DNA from: an uncultured Armatimonadia bacterium | GTDB lineage: Bacteria; Armatimonadota; Zipacnadia; Zipacnadales; UBA11051 | Assembly (NCBI GenBank): GCA_964390495.1 | Contig: CAYMIN010000013.1 | Location: 28,081 to 92,080 of the forward strand | Length of the DNA: 64,000 bases | Direction: 5' to 3' | Shown: positions 46,233 through 56,334 of the stretch, in pieces | How positions within the stretch are numbered: position 1 is the first letter of the stretch | Layout: each line of letters opens with the position of its first letter | Program-made: the position numbers and the translations under genes | The notes under the pieces: generated by a model | Told to the model about the DNA's origin: nothing | What the model saw: the letters and a program-made list of their open reading frames with translations, nothing else | Databases searched by the model: none

Positions 46233-48425
46233 CTAACTGCCCGAGGTGGCTTTCCCGCTCAGCAGCCGCACATTGACCACGTCAATAAGCTGCGCGATGC
46301 GCTCCAGCACATGGTCGAGATCCTGGCGGCGGCTGATTTCGAGGGTAAGCTCCAGCCGCGCCAGGTGCGAGGCGGCTTGTTCGGCCCGCGCCACGGCGAT
46401 ATTGATATCGGCGTCACTGATGATGGCGGTGATATGTGACAGCAGCCCGACCCGGTCCACCGCTACGACCTCGATGTCCTGCCGAAAGAGAGCCTCTTGA
46501 TCCCCCGCTGACCAGGTCAGCTCCACGATCCGTTCCGGCTCCAACTGCGCCCGATAAGCCAGGTTCTTGCAGTCGGCCCGATGGATCGCCAGCCCCGACC
46601 CCCGCGTGATATAGCCGCGGATCGGGTCACCCGGCAGCGGGTTGCAGCATTTGGAGATGCGCGAGTGGAACCCATTCACCCCGCCGGCCGATACCGGCAG
46701 CGGCCCGGTCCCGCGTGCTAGCTGCTCCGGCGACACCTCGGTAGGCAGCAGCCGCTGCGCCTCCTCGACTAGGCTGTCGGGCTTGGCCGTTTTCTCCAGC
46801 ATGTGGTCAACCACGGTCTGCGCCTCGATGACGCCGTAGCCGATGGCGGCCAGCAGCGAGGCCTCATCCTGGTAGTCCAGATGCGCCGCGACTTCGGCCC
46901 GGTCCACCGCCTGCACCTGGTCGCGCGCGGCCGGACTTAGCCGCGCAATCGCCCGCTGCAGCCGCTCGCTGCCGATGGCGATATTCTCCTGCCGGCTCTT
47001 CTCGCGCAGGTAGCGACGCACCTTGGCCTTAGCATGCGAGCTTTGCACCAGCCGCAGCCAGTCGTGCCGCGGCTGGCCGCTGGGTGAGGTGATGATCTTG
47101 GCGATGTCGCCGTTTTTTAGCTCGTAGTCCAGCCCCACCTGCTGGCCGTTGACGATCGCTCCCACGCACTGGTGTCCGACCTCGGTGTGGATGCGGTAGG
47201 CGAAGTCCAGCGGCCCGGCCCCGCGCGGCAGGTCAATCACATCACCATCGGGCGTGAAGACGAATACCTGGTCCTTGAACAGGTCCACCTGCAAAAGCTC
47301 CAGGAACTCGTGGCTTTCCGACAGGTCGGTTTCTAGTTCCAGCACCTGCCGCAGCCAGGCCACCTGCTCGTCGAGCTGCCGGTCGGTCTCGCCCTCCTTG
47401 TAGCGCCAGTGCGAGGCCACACCATACTCGGCGGTCCGGTGCATGTCGTAGGTGCGGATCTGCAGCTCCATCGGCGCATGGTCCGGCCCCAGCACGGTGG
47501 TGTGCAGGGACTGATATTCATTGGACTTGGGCATGGCGATGTGGTCGGCGAAGGTATCGGGCACCGGCACCCACAAATCATGCACGATGCCCAGTACCGT
47601 GTAGCACTGCGTGACATCGTTGACGATCACGCGCAGGGCGTTGAGGTCGCGCAGTTGGCTGAAGTCAACATTCTGGCTTCTCATCTTCTGGTAGATGCTG
47701 TAGATGTGTTTGGCGCGGCCCTGCACGGTGGCCGCGAGGCCGCCCTCGGCCAGTTGCTGCTCCATCTCCCGCCGCGCCCGCTCGATGATCTTCTGCCGCT
47801 CCTGCTGCGTCAGGCCGAGTTTATGGACGATCTCGCGGAAGGCCTCCGGCTCCAGGTGCCGCAGCGCCAGGTCCTCCATCTCGGCTCGCAGCTTCTGGAT
47901 GCCCAGCCGGTGGCACAGCGGCGCGAAGATCTGCAGCGTCTCCTCGGCGGTGCGCAGCCGATTCTCCGGCGGCAGGTAGTCCAGGGTCCGCATATTGTGC
48001 AGCCGGTCGCTCAGCTTGATGAGCATCACGCGGATGTCCTCAGCCATTGCCAAAAACATCTTCCGCAAGTTCCGTGCCTGCTCTTCGCGATGCGAGGCGA
48101 AATCGAGCTTGCGTAGATTGGTGACGCCCTCCACCAGCCCGGCCACGGTATCGCCGAAGCGCTCCTGAATGTCAGCGGTGGATATGTCGGTGTCTTCAAC
48201 GGTATCGTGGAGGAAGCCGCCGGCGATGGACATCTGGTCGCTCTCGATGTCCGCCAGCACGCCGCCCACCTCCAGAGGGTGGACTATGTAGGGGTCGCCG
48301 CTCAAGCGCTTCTGGCCACGGTGGGCTTTGGCGGCGAAATCGTAGGCATCCACCAGCAGCTCGCGATCTACTCCCGGCCAGTAGCCTGATACGCGCTGGA
48401 TTACCTGCTCGACGGTGGTTGGCAT
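46233..48425 (-). CDS. rel: bifunctional (p)ppGpp synthetase/hydrolase Rel/SpoT
   Basis: HD hydrolase (HRGQKRLSGDPYIVHPLEV...FLHDTVEDT), synthetase (RAKHIYSIYQKMRSQ, RVIV), TGS and ACT C-terminal domains. Length 730 aa. Confidence 0.92.
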   Translation of the reverse strand: MPTTVEQVIQRVSGYWPGVDRELLVDAYDFAAKAHRGQKRLSGDPYIVHPLEVGGVLADIESDQMSIAGGFLHDTVEDTDISTADIQERFGDTVAGLVEGVTNLRKLDFASHREEQARNLRKMFLAMAEDIRVMLIKLSDRLHNMRTLDYLPPENRLRTAEETLQIFAPLCHRLGIQKLRAEMEDLALRHLEPEAFREIVHKLGLTQQERQKIIERARREMEQQLAEGGLAATVQGRAKHIYSIYQKMRSQNVDFSQLRDLNALRVIVNDVTQCYTVLGIVHDLWVPVPDTFADHIAMPKSNEYQSLHTTVLGPDHAPMELQIRTYDMHRTAEYGVASHWRYKEGETDRQLDEQVAWLRQVLELETDLSESHEFLELLQVDLFKDQVFVFTPDGDVIDLPRGAGPLDFAYRIHTEVGHQCVGAIVNGQQVGLDYELKNGDIAKIITSPSGQPRHDWLRLVQSSHAKAKVRRYLREKSRQENIAIGSERLQRAIARLSPAARDQVQAVDRAEVAAHLDYQDEASLLAAIGYGVIEAQTVVDHMLEKTAKPDSLVEEAQRLLPTEVSPEQLARGTGPLPVSAGGVNGFHSRISKCCNPLPGDPIRGYITRGSGLAIHRADCKNLAYRAQLEPERIVELTWSAGDQEALFRQDIEVVAVDRVGLLSHITAIISDADINIAVARAEQAASHLARLELTLEISRRQDLDHVLERIAQLIDVVNVRLLSGKATSGS

Positions 48426-48806
48426 ATTCCCATCTCGCTACGCTTCCAATGCCGTCCGGGCCGGACCTGCAGCCCGACGGCGCGCGCCTCACAACAGACG
48501 CCCAGTGCGGCTTGCTTGTTCAGGTCAATATACCACACAAAACGCCCGCGCTCAATAAGCCCCGCATCGCGGTGTGAGAACCACGGCGGCGGCCAAGGCG
48601 TCGGGCAGGCGTTCAGATGTTGACCAGACGTAGCTGCCGCGGCGCGCCAGCTTGACCTGCCAGGCCTCGGCGTGGTATTCTGCATCTGGCCTTGACCAAT
48701 TCCGCAATGAGGTCTCCTGGGCGCAAGCCCCGGCTCCTGGGAGCGGGCTTGCGTTCGCGTGTCACCGATTGTAGCAACTGACCCCTGGCTGTGGAGAGAT
48801 GAGGCC

Positions 48807-50342
48807 ATGTCGCCGAGCAGCGCCAATAGTCTCGCTGAGGCGGGCATGCGGGCAGCCGCCTGCTGGGCCGAGCGACCGGCGCTGAGCTTCGGGGACCAGA
48901 CCAGCACCTACCAGGAGCTGCATCAGCAGACTTGTCGCCTGGCCGGCGGTTTCAGAGAGCTTGGCCTCGGTGAGGGCAGCCGGCTGGCTGTCATGATACC
49001 GAATTGCCCCGAGTTCGTACTCACATACATGGCCGCGAGCCATGTCGGGGCCACTGTGGTGCCGGTACCGGCTCTCTTGGGGGCCGAGGAGGTCGCCTAT
49101 ATCCTCAACGATGTCGGCGCCCAGGCGATGGTCGTGGCGGAGGAGCTCGCGGCTATCGGCCACGGCGCGGCGCAACAGGCTGACACGGTCGAAGCCCTGG
49201 TGGTTTGCGGCGATACTCCGGAGCCTGACGCGGCTTGCTTCGGCGAGCTGATGGAGGCTACCGAGCCATTGGTTGAGCCGGCTGCGGTGTCCGCCGAGAT
49301 GCCGGCGGTTATCATCTACACTTCCGGCACCACCGGCAAACCCAAGGGCGCAGTGCTGACACACCGGAACCTGCTGGCTAATGTGGAGGCTTGCCGGCAG
49401 GCTATCAGCATATCCGAAGAGGACGTTTTCGTCACCGTGCTGCCGCTGTTTCATTCCTTCGGGGCGACGGTATCCATGTTGCTGCCGATGTTCTGCGGCT
49501 GCCACAATGTGCTTCTGCCGGGATTCTCGGCGCTGCATACGGTGGAGGCGATCCAACAGAACCGCGCCACCCTGGTCGCCGGCGTGCCGACGATGTACGC
49601 GCTGATGATGCAGGTGACGGATGCCGGCGGCTATGACCTGAGCTCGCTGCGCTTCGCCGTCAGCGGCGGCGCAGCTTTGCCGGATGAGGTGTGTGTCAGC
49701 TTCGAGCAGACCTATGGTGTGCCGATAATCGAAGGCTACGGACCGACCGAGGCCTCGCCGGTGGTCAGTGTGAACCCGATTGACGGGCGGCGCAAGCTCG
49801 GCAGTGTCGGGCTGCCGCTGCCGGGTGTGGAGACTGTGATCGCCGATGACGACATGGCCGAGCTGCCTGTGGGTGCAATCGGCGAGATCTGCGTGCGCGG
49901 GCCGAATGTCATGACCAGGTATCACAACGCCGAGGAGCTGACCAATGAGACGCTTGTCAACGGCTGGCTGCGAACCGGCGATATGGGGAAGCTGGATGAA
50001 GACGGCTACCTCTATATCGTGGACCGCAAGAAGGACCTGATTATAGTCGGCGGCATCAACGTCTATCCACGTGAGGTGGAGGATTGCATAGCCGGGATGG
50101 CACAAGTGGCGGAGGTAGCGGTGGTGGGCGCACCCAGCAAGCTGCGCGGCGAAGTCGTGGCCGCCTATGTGGTGCTGAGAGAGGGCGCCGAAGCCAGCGC
50201 CCAGCAGATTATTGACCACTGCCGGCGGCATCTGGCCCCGTACAAGGTGCCGAAACAGGTGCGCTTTGCCGATGGGTTGCCCAAGTCGCCGATCGGCAAG
50301 GTGCTGAAGCAGATGTTGAGATCGGCTAGCTCAATCGAATAA
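48807..50342 (+). CDS. AMP-dependent synthetase/ligase (long-chain fatty acid-CoA ligase-like)
   Basis: IIYTSGTTGKPKGAVLTHRNL (AMP-binding motif I), GYGPTEASP, WLRTGDMG and the P-loop-like PIGK lysine. RBS-preceded start at 48807. Confidence 0.8.
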   Translation: MSPSSANSLAEAGMRAAACWAERPALSFGDQTSTYQELHQQTCRLAGGFRELGLGEGSRLAVMIPNCPEFVLTYMAASHVGATVVPVPALLGAEEVAYILNDVGAQAMVVAEELAAIGHGAAQQADTVEALVVCGDTPEPDAACFGELMEATEPLVEPAAVSAEMPAVIIYTSGTTGKPKGAVLTHRNLLANVEACRQAISISEEDVFVTVLPLFHSFGATVSMLLPMFCGCHNVLLPGFSALHTVEAIQQNRATLVAGVPTMYALMMQVTDAGGYDLSSLRFAVSGGAALPDEVCVSFEQTYGVPIIEGYGPTEASPVVSVNPIDGRRKLGSVGLPLPGVETVIADDDMAELPVGAIGEICVRGPNVMTRYHNAEELTNETLVNGWLRTGDMGKLDEDGYLYIVDRKKDLIIVGGINVYPREVEDCIAGMAQVAEVAVVGAPSKLRGEVVAAYVVLREGAEASAQQIIDHCRRHLAPYKVPKQVRFADGLPKSPIGKVLKQMLRSASSIE

Positions 50343-50363
50343 GAAAAAGCAGGGAAAGAAGCG

Positions 50364-51737
50364 ATGAGTTCACGCAGAGTTGCCATCCTGATCGGGATTG
50401 CCGTAGCGGTTATATGGGCGGCCGGGGTGCAGGCGGCGCCGGTGCTCGACGGCGCTAATGTGAAGCTGAAGGTCCTGGACAACGGCCTGCGGGTGGTGGT
50501 CAAGGAGGAGCGCACCTGGCCGGTCGTGACTATGGGGATGTATATCAAGGCCGGCAGCTTGCACGAGGCCGCCGACCAGGTCGGAGCCGCGCATCTGGTC
50601 GAGCATCTGCTGTTCGAGGCCGAGCCGGCCGACGGCGAAGCTAAGGTGGCCGGGTATATCGAGGGGATCGGCGGGCGGATGGTCGCCCACACCGGCCGCG
50701 ACTTCACCCATGTGGACATCACCGTCGCGAGCAATTACGTGGAGACGGCGCTCGAGCGCCTGATCAAGACGGTGTTGGCGGCCGAGTTTGATGAGGCGGC
50801 GGTGGTGCACGAACAGCAGGTGGTGTCTCGTGAGATCGCCGACATCACCGAGGGGGCCACCGGGACGATGGAGTTTGCGCTGTGGGACCTGGCCTTCGCG
50901 AACCACCCCTATGGGCGTCCCATCGGCGGCACGGTCGAGGATGTGCGTAAGCTGACGGTGGCAAAGCTGCGGGAGTTCTATAACCGCTGCTACGTGCCGA
51001 ACAACATGTCGCTGGTGGTGGCAGGCCGGGTTGATCGGGACTGGCTGTGCAATCGGGTCCAGCAGCTTGTGGCGAACTATCCGGCCAAGCCCCTAGACTG
51101 GACCGAGCCGCCTCGGGAGACGGCCCAGAGCGAGGTGCGCAAGCATATCACCACGCGGGACAGTGAGATAACGGCGCTGGCTTACGCCTGGCATGCGCCG
51201 GGGATGCCGGACAAGCGCGATATCTGCGCGACCGACCTGATCTACATCATCCTGGGGCAGACGAGAACGGGCCGGCTTCAGCAGGTGCTGGTGAAAGAGA
51301 ACCAATGGGCCTCCAATGTTGATATAACCTATCTGACCCAGCGCCATCCCGGACTGTTCATCATTCGGGTGGCGGTGCTGGAGAAGAACGAGCCGGTAGT
51401 GCGCAAGACGATCCTGGAGCAGGTTGAGCGGCTGGCAAATGAGAGAATCAGCGAGCAGGAACTGGCGCGCGCCAAGCTGCTTTTGCGCACCGAATACGCC
51501 TTCGGCAACGAAAGCTACAGCGGCCAGGTCACCTCGATGGGCTTCTACGAGGGGATTGACACCTACCAGTTCGCGATTGAGTACATTGACCAAGTGAATG
51601 CAGTAACCGCTGAGGATATCCAGGCGGTTGCGCGCAAGGTCTTCCAGCCGGACAGCTACAGCCTGGTGATACTGCGCCGGGAGAAGGATGCGCCGCCGAC
51701 CCGGGAGGTGAAGCTGCTTTGTCCCGCCGCTTCCTGA
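50364..51737 (+). CDS. M16 family zinc peptidase (active subunit, HxxEH present), secreted
   Basis: Signal peptide. GAAHLVEHLLFE carries the inverted zincin HxxEH. Typical two-lobe M16 length of 457 aa. Confidence 0.8.
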   Translation: MSSRRVAILIGIAVAVIWAAGVQAAPVLDGANVKLKVLDNGLRVVVKEERTWPVVTMGMYIKAGSLHEAADQVGAAHLVEHLLFEAEPADGEAKVAGYIEGIGGRMVAHTGRDFTHVDITVASNYVETALERLIKTVLAAEFDEAAVVHEQQVVSREIADITEGATGTMEFALWDLAFANHPYGRPIGGTVEDVRKLTVAKLREFYNRCYVPNNMSLVVAGRVDRDWLCNRVQQLVANYPAKPLDWTEPPRETAQSEVRKHITTRDSEITALAYAWHAPGMPDKRDICATDLIYIILGQTRTGRLQQVLVKENQWASNVDITYLTQRHPGLFIIRVAVLEKNEPVVRKTILEQVERLANERISEQELARAKLLLRTEYAFGNESYSGQVTSMGFYEGIDTYQFAIEYIDQVNAVTAEDIQAVARKVFQPDSYSLVILRREKDAPPTREVKLLCPAAS

Positions 51738-53074
51738 CAACAGTGGCTCTACTAGGGCTGATTATCGCACCGGCACTGAAGGTACAGGCCGCCGAGCAGG
51801 ACCTGGTTACCCGCCGCACGCTCGCCAACGGCCTGCATCTGAGCGTGGTTGTGGACCCGCTGACCGACCTGGCAGCTTGCCATCTGGCGCTGGACATCAG
51901 CGCCGCAGACTTCCCGGAACAGCAGGCCGGCATCACCGAAATCATCCAGCAGTTGATGCTCGATAAGCTCAGGGCGCGGGTCACGGCTTCAGGAGAGCTA
52001 GCCGAGATCTACGATGCGGTCAGCGCCGGCGGCAGCTTTGCAGTCGGGGCTGATGACGAATACGTCGAGGCCCAGGCGGCGCTGCCCTGCGAACTGCTGT
52101 CCGAGGCGCTGCAAACCACCGGCGACCTGTTCTTCGGCTCCCAGGAGTTCACTGACGAGCAGCTTGGGGAGGCCAAGGCCGCCATCGTCAAAACCTACGA
52201 GGGCTCGCTCAACGCCGTCGGCCAGCGGACCTTTAGGCTGTTCAGACGGGCGCTGCTGGGCAAGTCGCCGCTTGCCTATGATGTGTCAACGATCCTGACA
52301 GGCATTGCAGGCGTGACTACCAAGGACATCAGCGGCTGCCGGGCGCGGCTGTACGTTCCGTCGCGAGCCTACCTCACCGTAGTGTCGGCGCTGCCCGCCG
52401 AGCGTGTCATCGCCATCGCGGAGCAGGCCTTCGGCGACTATCCGGGGACCGCCGAGGCGCATGTGAGGCGAGCTATGAGCCGGCCCGCGGCGTCAGTCGT
52501 GCGGGTGGGAAGCGGCGAGGGCATGGCTCATGCCTCGCTGATTATCGGCGTGCCCCTGGCGCCCTATGGCACACGGGAGTTTGCCGCCGGCCAGGTCGCG
52601 TATATGCTGCTGGCGGGCCGCGATGGGCGGCTGACCAGCGACCAGATGCTGCAGCGAGGCTTCGGGCTGATGCTGCCGCGCAGCCTCTATGAGGAGCAGC
52701 CGGCCTTCCAGGTCATCCCTCCCGGTCCGATGAGCGTGCCGGTGATCGCGGTGCATGTAGTGGCCAATCCGGCGTTCATCGAGGACGCGCGGCTGCAGGT
52801 GCTGGGCCATGTGGAGGCGATACGGCAGGGGCAATTCAGCGAAGAGGAGCTGCAGGCGGCCAAGGACCAGCTCACCAACCAGTACGCGCTGGCCTACAAT
52901 ACTTATCTGTCGCGGGCGCAGTTGATCAACCTCAACGCCCTGTTCGGTGGCGATCCGCAACTCAACGGCGATTTTCCGGAGCTAATCGCCTCCATCTCGG
53001 CTGAGGAGGTCGTCAAAGCCGCGCAAAAGTATTTCGCATACCACGCGATCGGGGTGCAAATGCCGGCCAACTAG
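51719..53074 (+). CDS. M16 family peptidase-like protein (non-catalytic partner, no HxxEH), secreted
   Basis: Overlaps the upstream M16 gene by 19 nt. Signal peptide LLGLIIAPALKVQA. M16 fold blocks are present but the zinc motif is replaced (AACHLALDIS). Confidence 0.7.
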   Translation: MSRRFLTTVALLGLIIAPALKVQAAEQDLVTRRTLANGLHLSVVVDPLTDLAACHLALDISAADFPEQQAGITEIIQQLMLDKLRARVTASGELAEIYDAVSAGGSFAVGADDEYVEAQAALPCELLSEALQTTGDLFFGSQEFTDEQLGEAKAAIVKTYEGSLNAVGQRTFRLFRRALLGKSPLAYDVSTILTGIAGVTTKDISGCRARLYVPSRAYLTVVSALPAERVIAIAEQAFGDYPGTAEAHVRRAMSRPAASVVRVGSGEGMAHASLIIGVPLAPYGTREFAAGQVAYMLLAGRDGRLTSDQMLQRGFGLMLPRSLYEEQPAFQVIPPGPMSVPVIAVHVVANPAFIEDARLQVLGHVEAIRQGQFSEEELQAAKDQLTNQYALAYNTYLSRAQLINLNALFGGDPQLNGDFPELIASISAEEVVKAAQKYFAYHAIGVQMPAN

Positions 53075-53147
53075 GCCCCAGGTAACGACCTCGGGCAGGA
53101 TGCCCGAGCTGCGCAGTTCCAGTGGATCATTCGGGCTGATTCCATAA

Positions 53148-53618
53148 ATGGTGGTGATGGCGGTGATAGAAGGAGTACGTATCAAGCCACTGACTCGCCA
53201 CGTTGACGAGCGCGGATACGTGATGGAGATACTGCGCCGCGATGATGAGGAGTTTATGGAGTTCGGCCAGGCCTATATCTCGGCCTGCTTTCCCGGAATC
53301 GTCAAGGCATGGCACTGCCACGAGAAACAGTGGGACCACTTCTGCTGCCTGCGGGGTAATGCGAAGATCGGCCTGTTCGATGACCGGCCGGCCAGTAGCA
53401 CTTGCGGCCAGGCGGAAGGTATCGTCATCGGCGAGCTTAACCCGGTGCTGATCCAGATCCCGCCGCTGGTATGGCACGGCATGGCCGCGCTGGGTGGCGA
53501 GCTGGCCGTGGTGCTGAATATCCCCACCGAGACCTATGAGCGCGAGAGTCCCGACGAACTACGCCGCGAGCCGTTCGACCCCGAAATCCCCTTCGAGTGG
53601 CATACCAAGGGCGGCTAG
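53148..53618 (+). CDS. RmlC-like cupin (dTDP-4-dehydrorhamnose 3,5-epimerase family)
   Basis: GVRIKPLTRHVDERGYVMEI...QAYISACFPGIVKAWHCHEKQWDHFCCLRGNAKIGLFDDR...PPLVWHGMAAL matches the RmlC core, with His and Lys in catalytic positions. Confidence 0.65.
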   Translation: MVVMAVIEGVRIKPLTRHVDERGYVMEILRRDDEEFMEFGQAYISACFPGIVKAWHCHEKQWDHFCCLRGNAKIGLFDDRPASSTCGQAEGIVIGELNPVLIQIPPLVWHGMAALGGELAVVLNIPTETYERESPDELRREPFDPEIPFEWHTKGG

Positions 53619-53635
53619 CCAAAGGCGCGGAGGCT

Positions 53636-54478
53636 TCAATCCACGCTTGAGAGCGGATAGACTGCTACCTCGTAGGTGCCCGCCTTCACCGTCACCAGCA
53701 GGTAATGGTAAAATCCGCCGTTCTCGGGCTTTGCGTAGAGCGGTGCTCCTCCCCCAGCCGTAATGAAGTAGTCGATCTCGTCGCGCCGTGAGTGGTTATA
53801 GAGATGCTCGTGGCCCATGAATACCGCGCTCACCTTGTGCTTGGCAAACAAGGCGTGGAGGCGGTCGCGCAAGGGGATGTCCACATCCATGGAGGAGCCG
53901 CGGTGGCCGTCCACCGGAAACAGCGGTCGGTGCAGAGCCACAAAGATGAAGTCGGCATCCTTGGCCTGTGTCAGGTCATCCATCAGCCACTGCCACTGCT
54001 CCCCCTTGATGGTCCCTTCCTGGCCGGGGATCTCGCTGTCCAGGATGATGAAATGGCAGTTGGCGCGGTCGAAGGAGTAGCGGCGGGACTGGAAGTACTC
54101 CTCGAATATCCTCGCATTGGCGGTGGACCCCCGGATGTCGTGGTTGCCGGTGCTGAACGCCACGGGGATGTCACCGGCCATCTTCAGCGGCATCAAGGCC
54201 TCGAAGAAGCGGTAGTATTGCTGGCGGACGACCTGGGGATCGGTGCTGCCCTCGATGTAGTCACCGGTGCCGATCACGAAGGCCGGGTTATGCTGCACCA
54301 TGTTCTCCACCAGCCGGCGGGTGATGCCGAGGCGCTCATAGTTCGGGCCGGGGCGGCTGTCGCCGAATACCGCGAAGACCAGCTCATCATCCGCCGCCAG
54401 ACAGTAGGCGCTGCCAACAACCGCGACGAATGCCAGCAGTAAGACCAACGCCTGTGCTACCCGTGCGCGATTCATCAT
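53636..54478 (-). CDS. secreted calcineurin-like metallophosphoesterase
   Basis: Signal peptide. GDSRPG, GDYIEG, GNHD, the VALHRPLFP region and GHEHLY. Confidence 0.75.
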   Translation of the reverse strand: MMNRARVAQALVLLLAFVAVVGSAYCLAADDELVFAVFGDSRPGPNYERLGITRRLVENMVQHNPAFVIGTGDYIEGSTDPQVVRQQYYRFFEALMPLKMAGDIPVAFSTGNHDIRGSTANARIFEEYFQSRRYSFDRANCHFIILDSEIPGQEGTIKGEQWQWLMDDLTQAKDADFIFVALHRPLFPVDGHRGSSMDVDIPLRDRLHALFAKHKVSAVFMGHEHLYNHSRRDEIDYFITAGGGAPLYAKPENGGFYHYLLVTVKAGTYEVAVYPLSSVD

Positions 54479-54527
54479 ATCAGCACCCTCCTGAATTGGA
54501 GGCCCGTGTGAGGTTAGCGGGCGCGCC

Positions 54528-55547
54528 TCAGATGATCTTGGTCAATTCGTCCTGGTCATAGCGCGGCATCTCGTGGGCCCGGCCGCCTCGGTGCAAGTTG
54601 ACGCCCTGGTCCGCCGGCACCGCTTCACCGATGATGGCGGCCGCTATCTTCGCCTGGTGCAGCGCCTCGGCAATCGCCCCAGCATCCTCCGGCGCACAGG
54701 CCACCAAGAGGCTGCCTGAGGCGATCAGCCCGAGTGGGTCCAGGCTGAATAGCTTGCAAATGTGGCGAGCTTCCTCCAGAAGTGGAATCGCCTCTTCGTC
54801 AATCCTCAGACCGACCCCGCCGGCTTCGGCCATCTCCCATAGTCCGGTCGCCAGTCCGCCCTCGGTGGGATCGTGCATGGCATGGACCTGGCCGTTGGCG
54901 ATCGCGGTCCGGGCCTCGGTGAGTACCGATATGCCGGGATCGAAAAGCATCCGCGCACAGCGCTGCAGCGTTGCCTCGGAGAAGCCGGCCTGCCGCAGTT
55001 CGTCGGGCTTCTCTCGAGCGATCAGCGCCGTAGCCTCGACCGGAGCCTGCTTGGTGAGAATGATAGCGTCACCAACCTGCAGGCCCTCCGGCGTAATCAG
55101 GCGGTCTTTGGGCACCTGGCCGAGCATCTGGCCGACCACAATCGGCCGCGCCAGGTCATAGGTGATTTCGGTATGGCCGCCGACCAGGGTAATCTGCAGC
55201 TCTTGGCAGGCGGCACTGATCTGCTCGAATATATCGGCGACCATCTCCTCGGTCGCCGCGTTATCGGGCAGCAGCGCGGTGGCCAAAAACCAACGCGGCG
55301 CACCACCGCTGGTGGCGATGTCGTTGGCATTGACGTTGACGACGTAATAGCCGATAGCATCGGTGGCGAAGGTGACCGGGTCGGCCTTGGCGAGCAGGTA
55401 GGTATCAGCACCGTTGTCGAGCACGGCGACATCGCGGCCGATGCCCGGCCCTAGAATCACGCTGGGATCGCTGCAAGGGATCACTCCCAGCAGTCGGCGC
55501 AAGGTCGCGGCGTCCAGCTTGCCGACCGGCAGCAGACTTTGGCTCAT
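54528..55547 (-). CDS. AIR synthase-related (PurM-like) protein, HypE/ThiL-like
   Basis: The PurM N-domain pattern (DVAVLDNG...ATDAIGYYVVNVNANDIATSGGAPRWFL) and C-domain are present. It lacks the HypE C-terminal Cys, so the specific function is unclear. Confidence 0.55.
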   Translation of the reverse strand: MSQSLLPVGKLDAATLRRLLGVIPCSDPSVILGPGIGRDVAVLDNGADTYLLAKADPVTFATDAIGYYVVNVNANDIATSGGAPRWFLATALLPDNAATEEMVADIFEQISAACQELQITLVGGHTEITYDLARPIVVGQMLGQVPKDRLITPEGLQVGDAIILTKQAPVEATALIAREKPDELRQAGFSEATLQRCARMLFDPGISVLTEARTAIANGQVHAMHDPTEGGLATGLWEMAEAGGVGLRIDEEAIPLLEEARHICKLFSLDPLGLIASGSLLVACAPEDAGAIAEALHQAKIAAAIIGEAVPADQGVNLHRGGRAHEMPRYDQDELTKII

Positions 55548-56233
55548 GATCGCGGCCTCGCGGCGACTATCGCTGCAACTACGGACGGCACGTCGGGGAA
55601 TACCGCATCGGCGCCCATCTGCTCGAACTCCTGGCGGGTGGTCTTCTGGGTAAGCACGCCGATGGTCATGACGCCGAGACCCTCTGCGCCCTGGACGTCG
55701 GTGATGTGGTCGCCGACCATCACCGCGTGCTGCGGCGCGACACCGATTCGCTTGAGCGCCTGGGCCAGGTGGTCCGGGTCAGGTTTGACGCGGGTGACAT
55801 CATCGCGGGTCAGCAGCAGGTCGTGGTGGAGATGGTGGCGGGAGGTCACCGAGGCCACTCCGTTGCGGCAGTTCCTAGTGACAATGCCGACCTTGAGGCC
55901 GTGCTGGTGGAGTTGGCGGAGGGCCTCAACCACGCCGGGGAAAGGCTCGGCGGTGGCGCAGGTCTCCAGCTCGACCTGCTCGAGGACCGCGTCGGCCTCG
56001 GCCTGGAATTGCGCGATTTTCTGGGCGTCGGAGCCCAGCTTCTCGCGGCCTGCCTTGATGATGTCCAGCACGTACCTGCCGTGGTCGGCTCCCTCTTCCC
56101 AAAGGCCCCAGCGCTGCAACAGCTCGATAATCAGGCGGCGCATCTTGGCAAAGTCAATCCTGGTCTCGGCCAGCGTGCCGTCGAAATCAAAGATGACAGC
56201 CTCAAGTTGGCTCAAGTCAATGGCTCTATTCAT
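55544..56233 (-). CDS. HAD-superfamily hydrolase (phosphoglycolate phosphatase-like)
   Basis: AVIFDFDGTLAET (motif I DxDGT), VTRNCRN and GDHITDVQGAEGLG (motif IV). Overlaps the PurM-like gene by 4 nt. Confidence 0.75.
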   Translation of the reverse strand: MNRAIDLSQLEAVIFDFDGTLAETRIDFAKMRRLIIELLQRWGLWEEGADHGRYVLDIIKAGREKLGSDAQKIAQFQAEADAVLEQVELETCATAEPFPGVVEALRQLHQHGLKVGIVTRNCRNGVASVTSRHHLHHDLLLTRDDVTRVKPDPDHLAQALKRIGVAPQHAVMVGDHITDVQGAEGLGVMTIGVLTQKTTRQEFEQMGADAVFPDVPSVVAAIVAARPRS

Positions 56234-56276
56234 AGCGGTGCCTGCGTTTGTGGTGGTAGCTACCCGGGTACTGAAA

Positions 56277-56302
56277 GGGCGACAATATCATAATTGTCGC
56301 CC
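56277..56302 (-). terminator. perfect 10-bp hairpin GGGCGACAAT-ATCAT-ATTGTCGCCC downstream of UPF0182 gene
   Basis: It lies 33 nt after the UPF0182 stop and is followed on the minus strand by a CTTTC run (a weak U-tract). It could also insulate the HAD/PurM operon. Confidence 0.3.
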
Positions 56303-56334
56303 GGGACGGTGTTTTCCTGCAAGCCTGAGCCGGC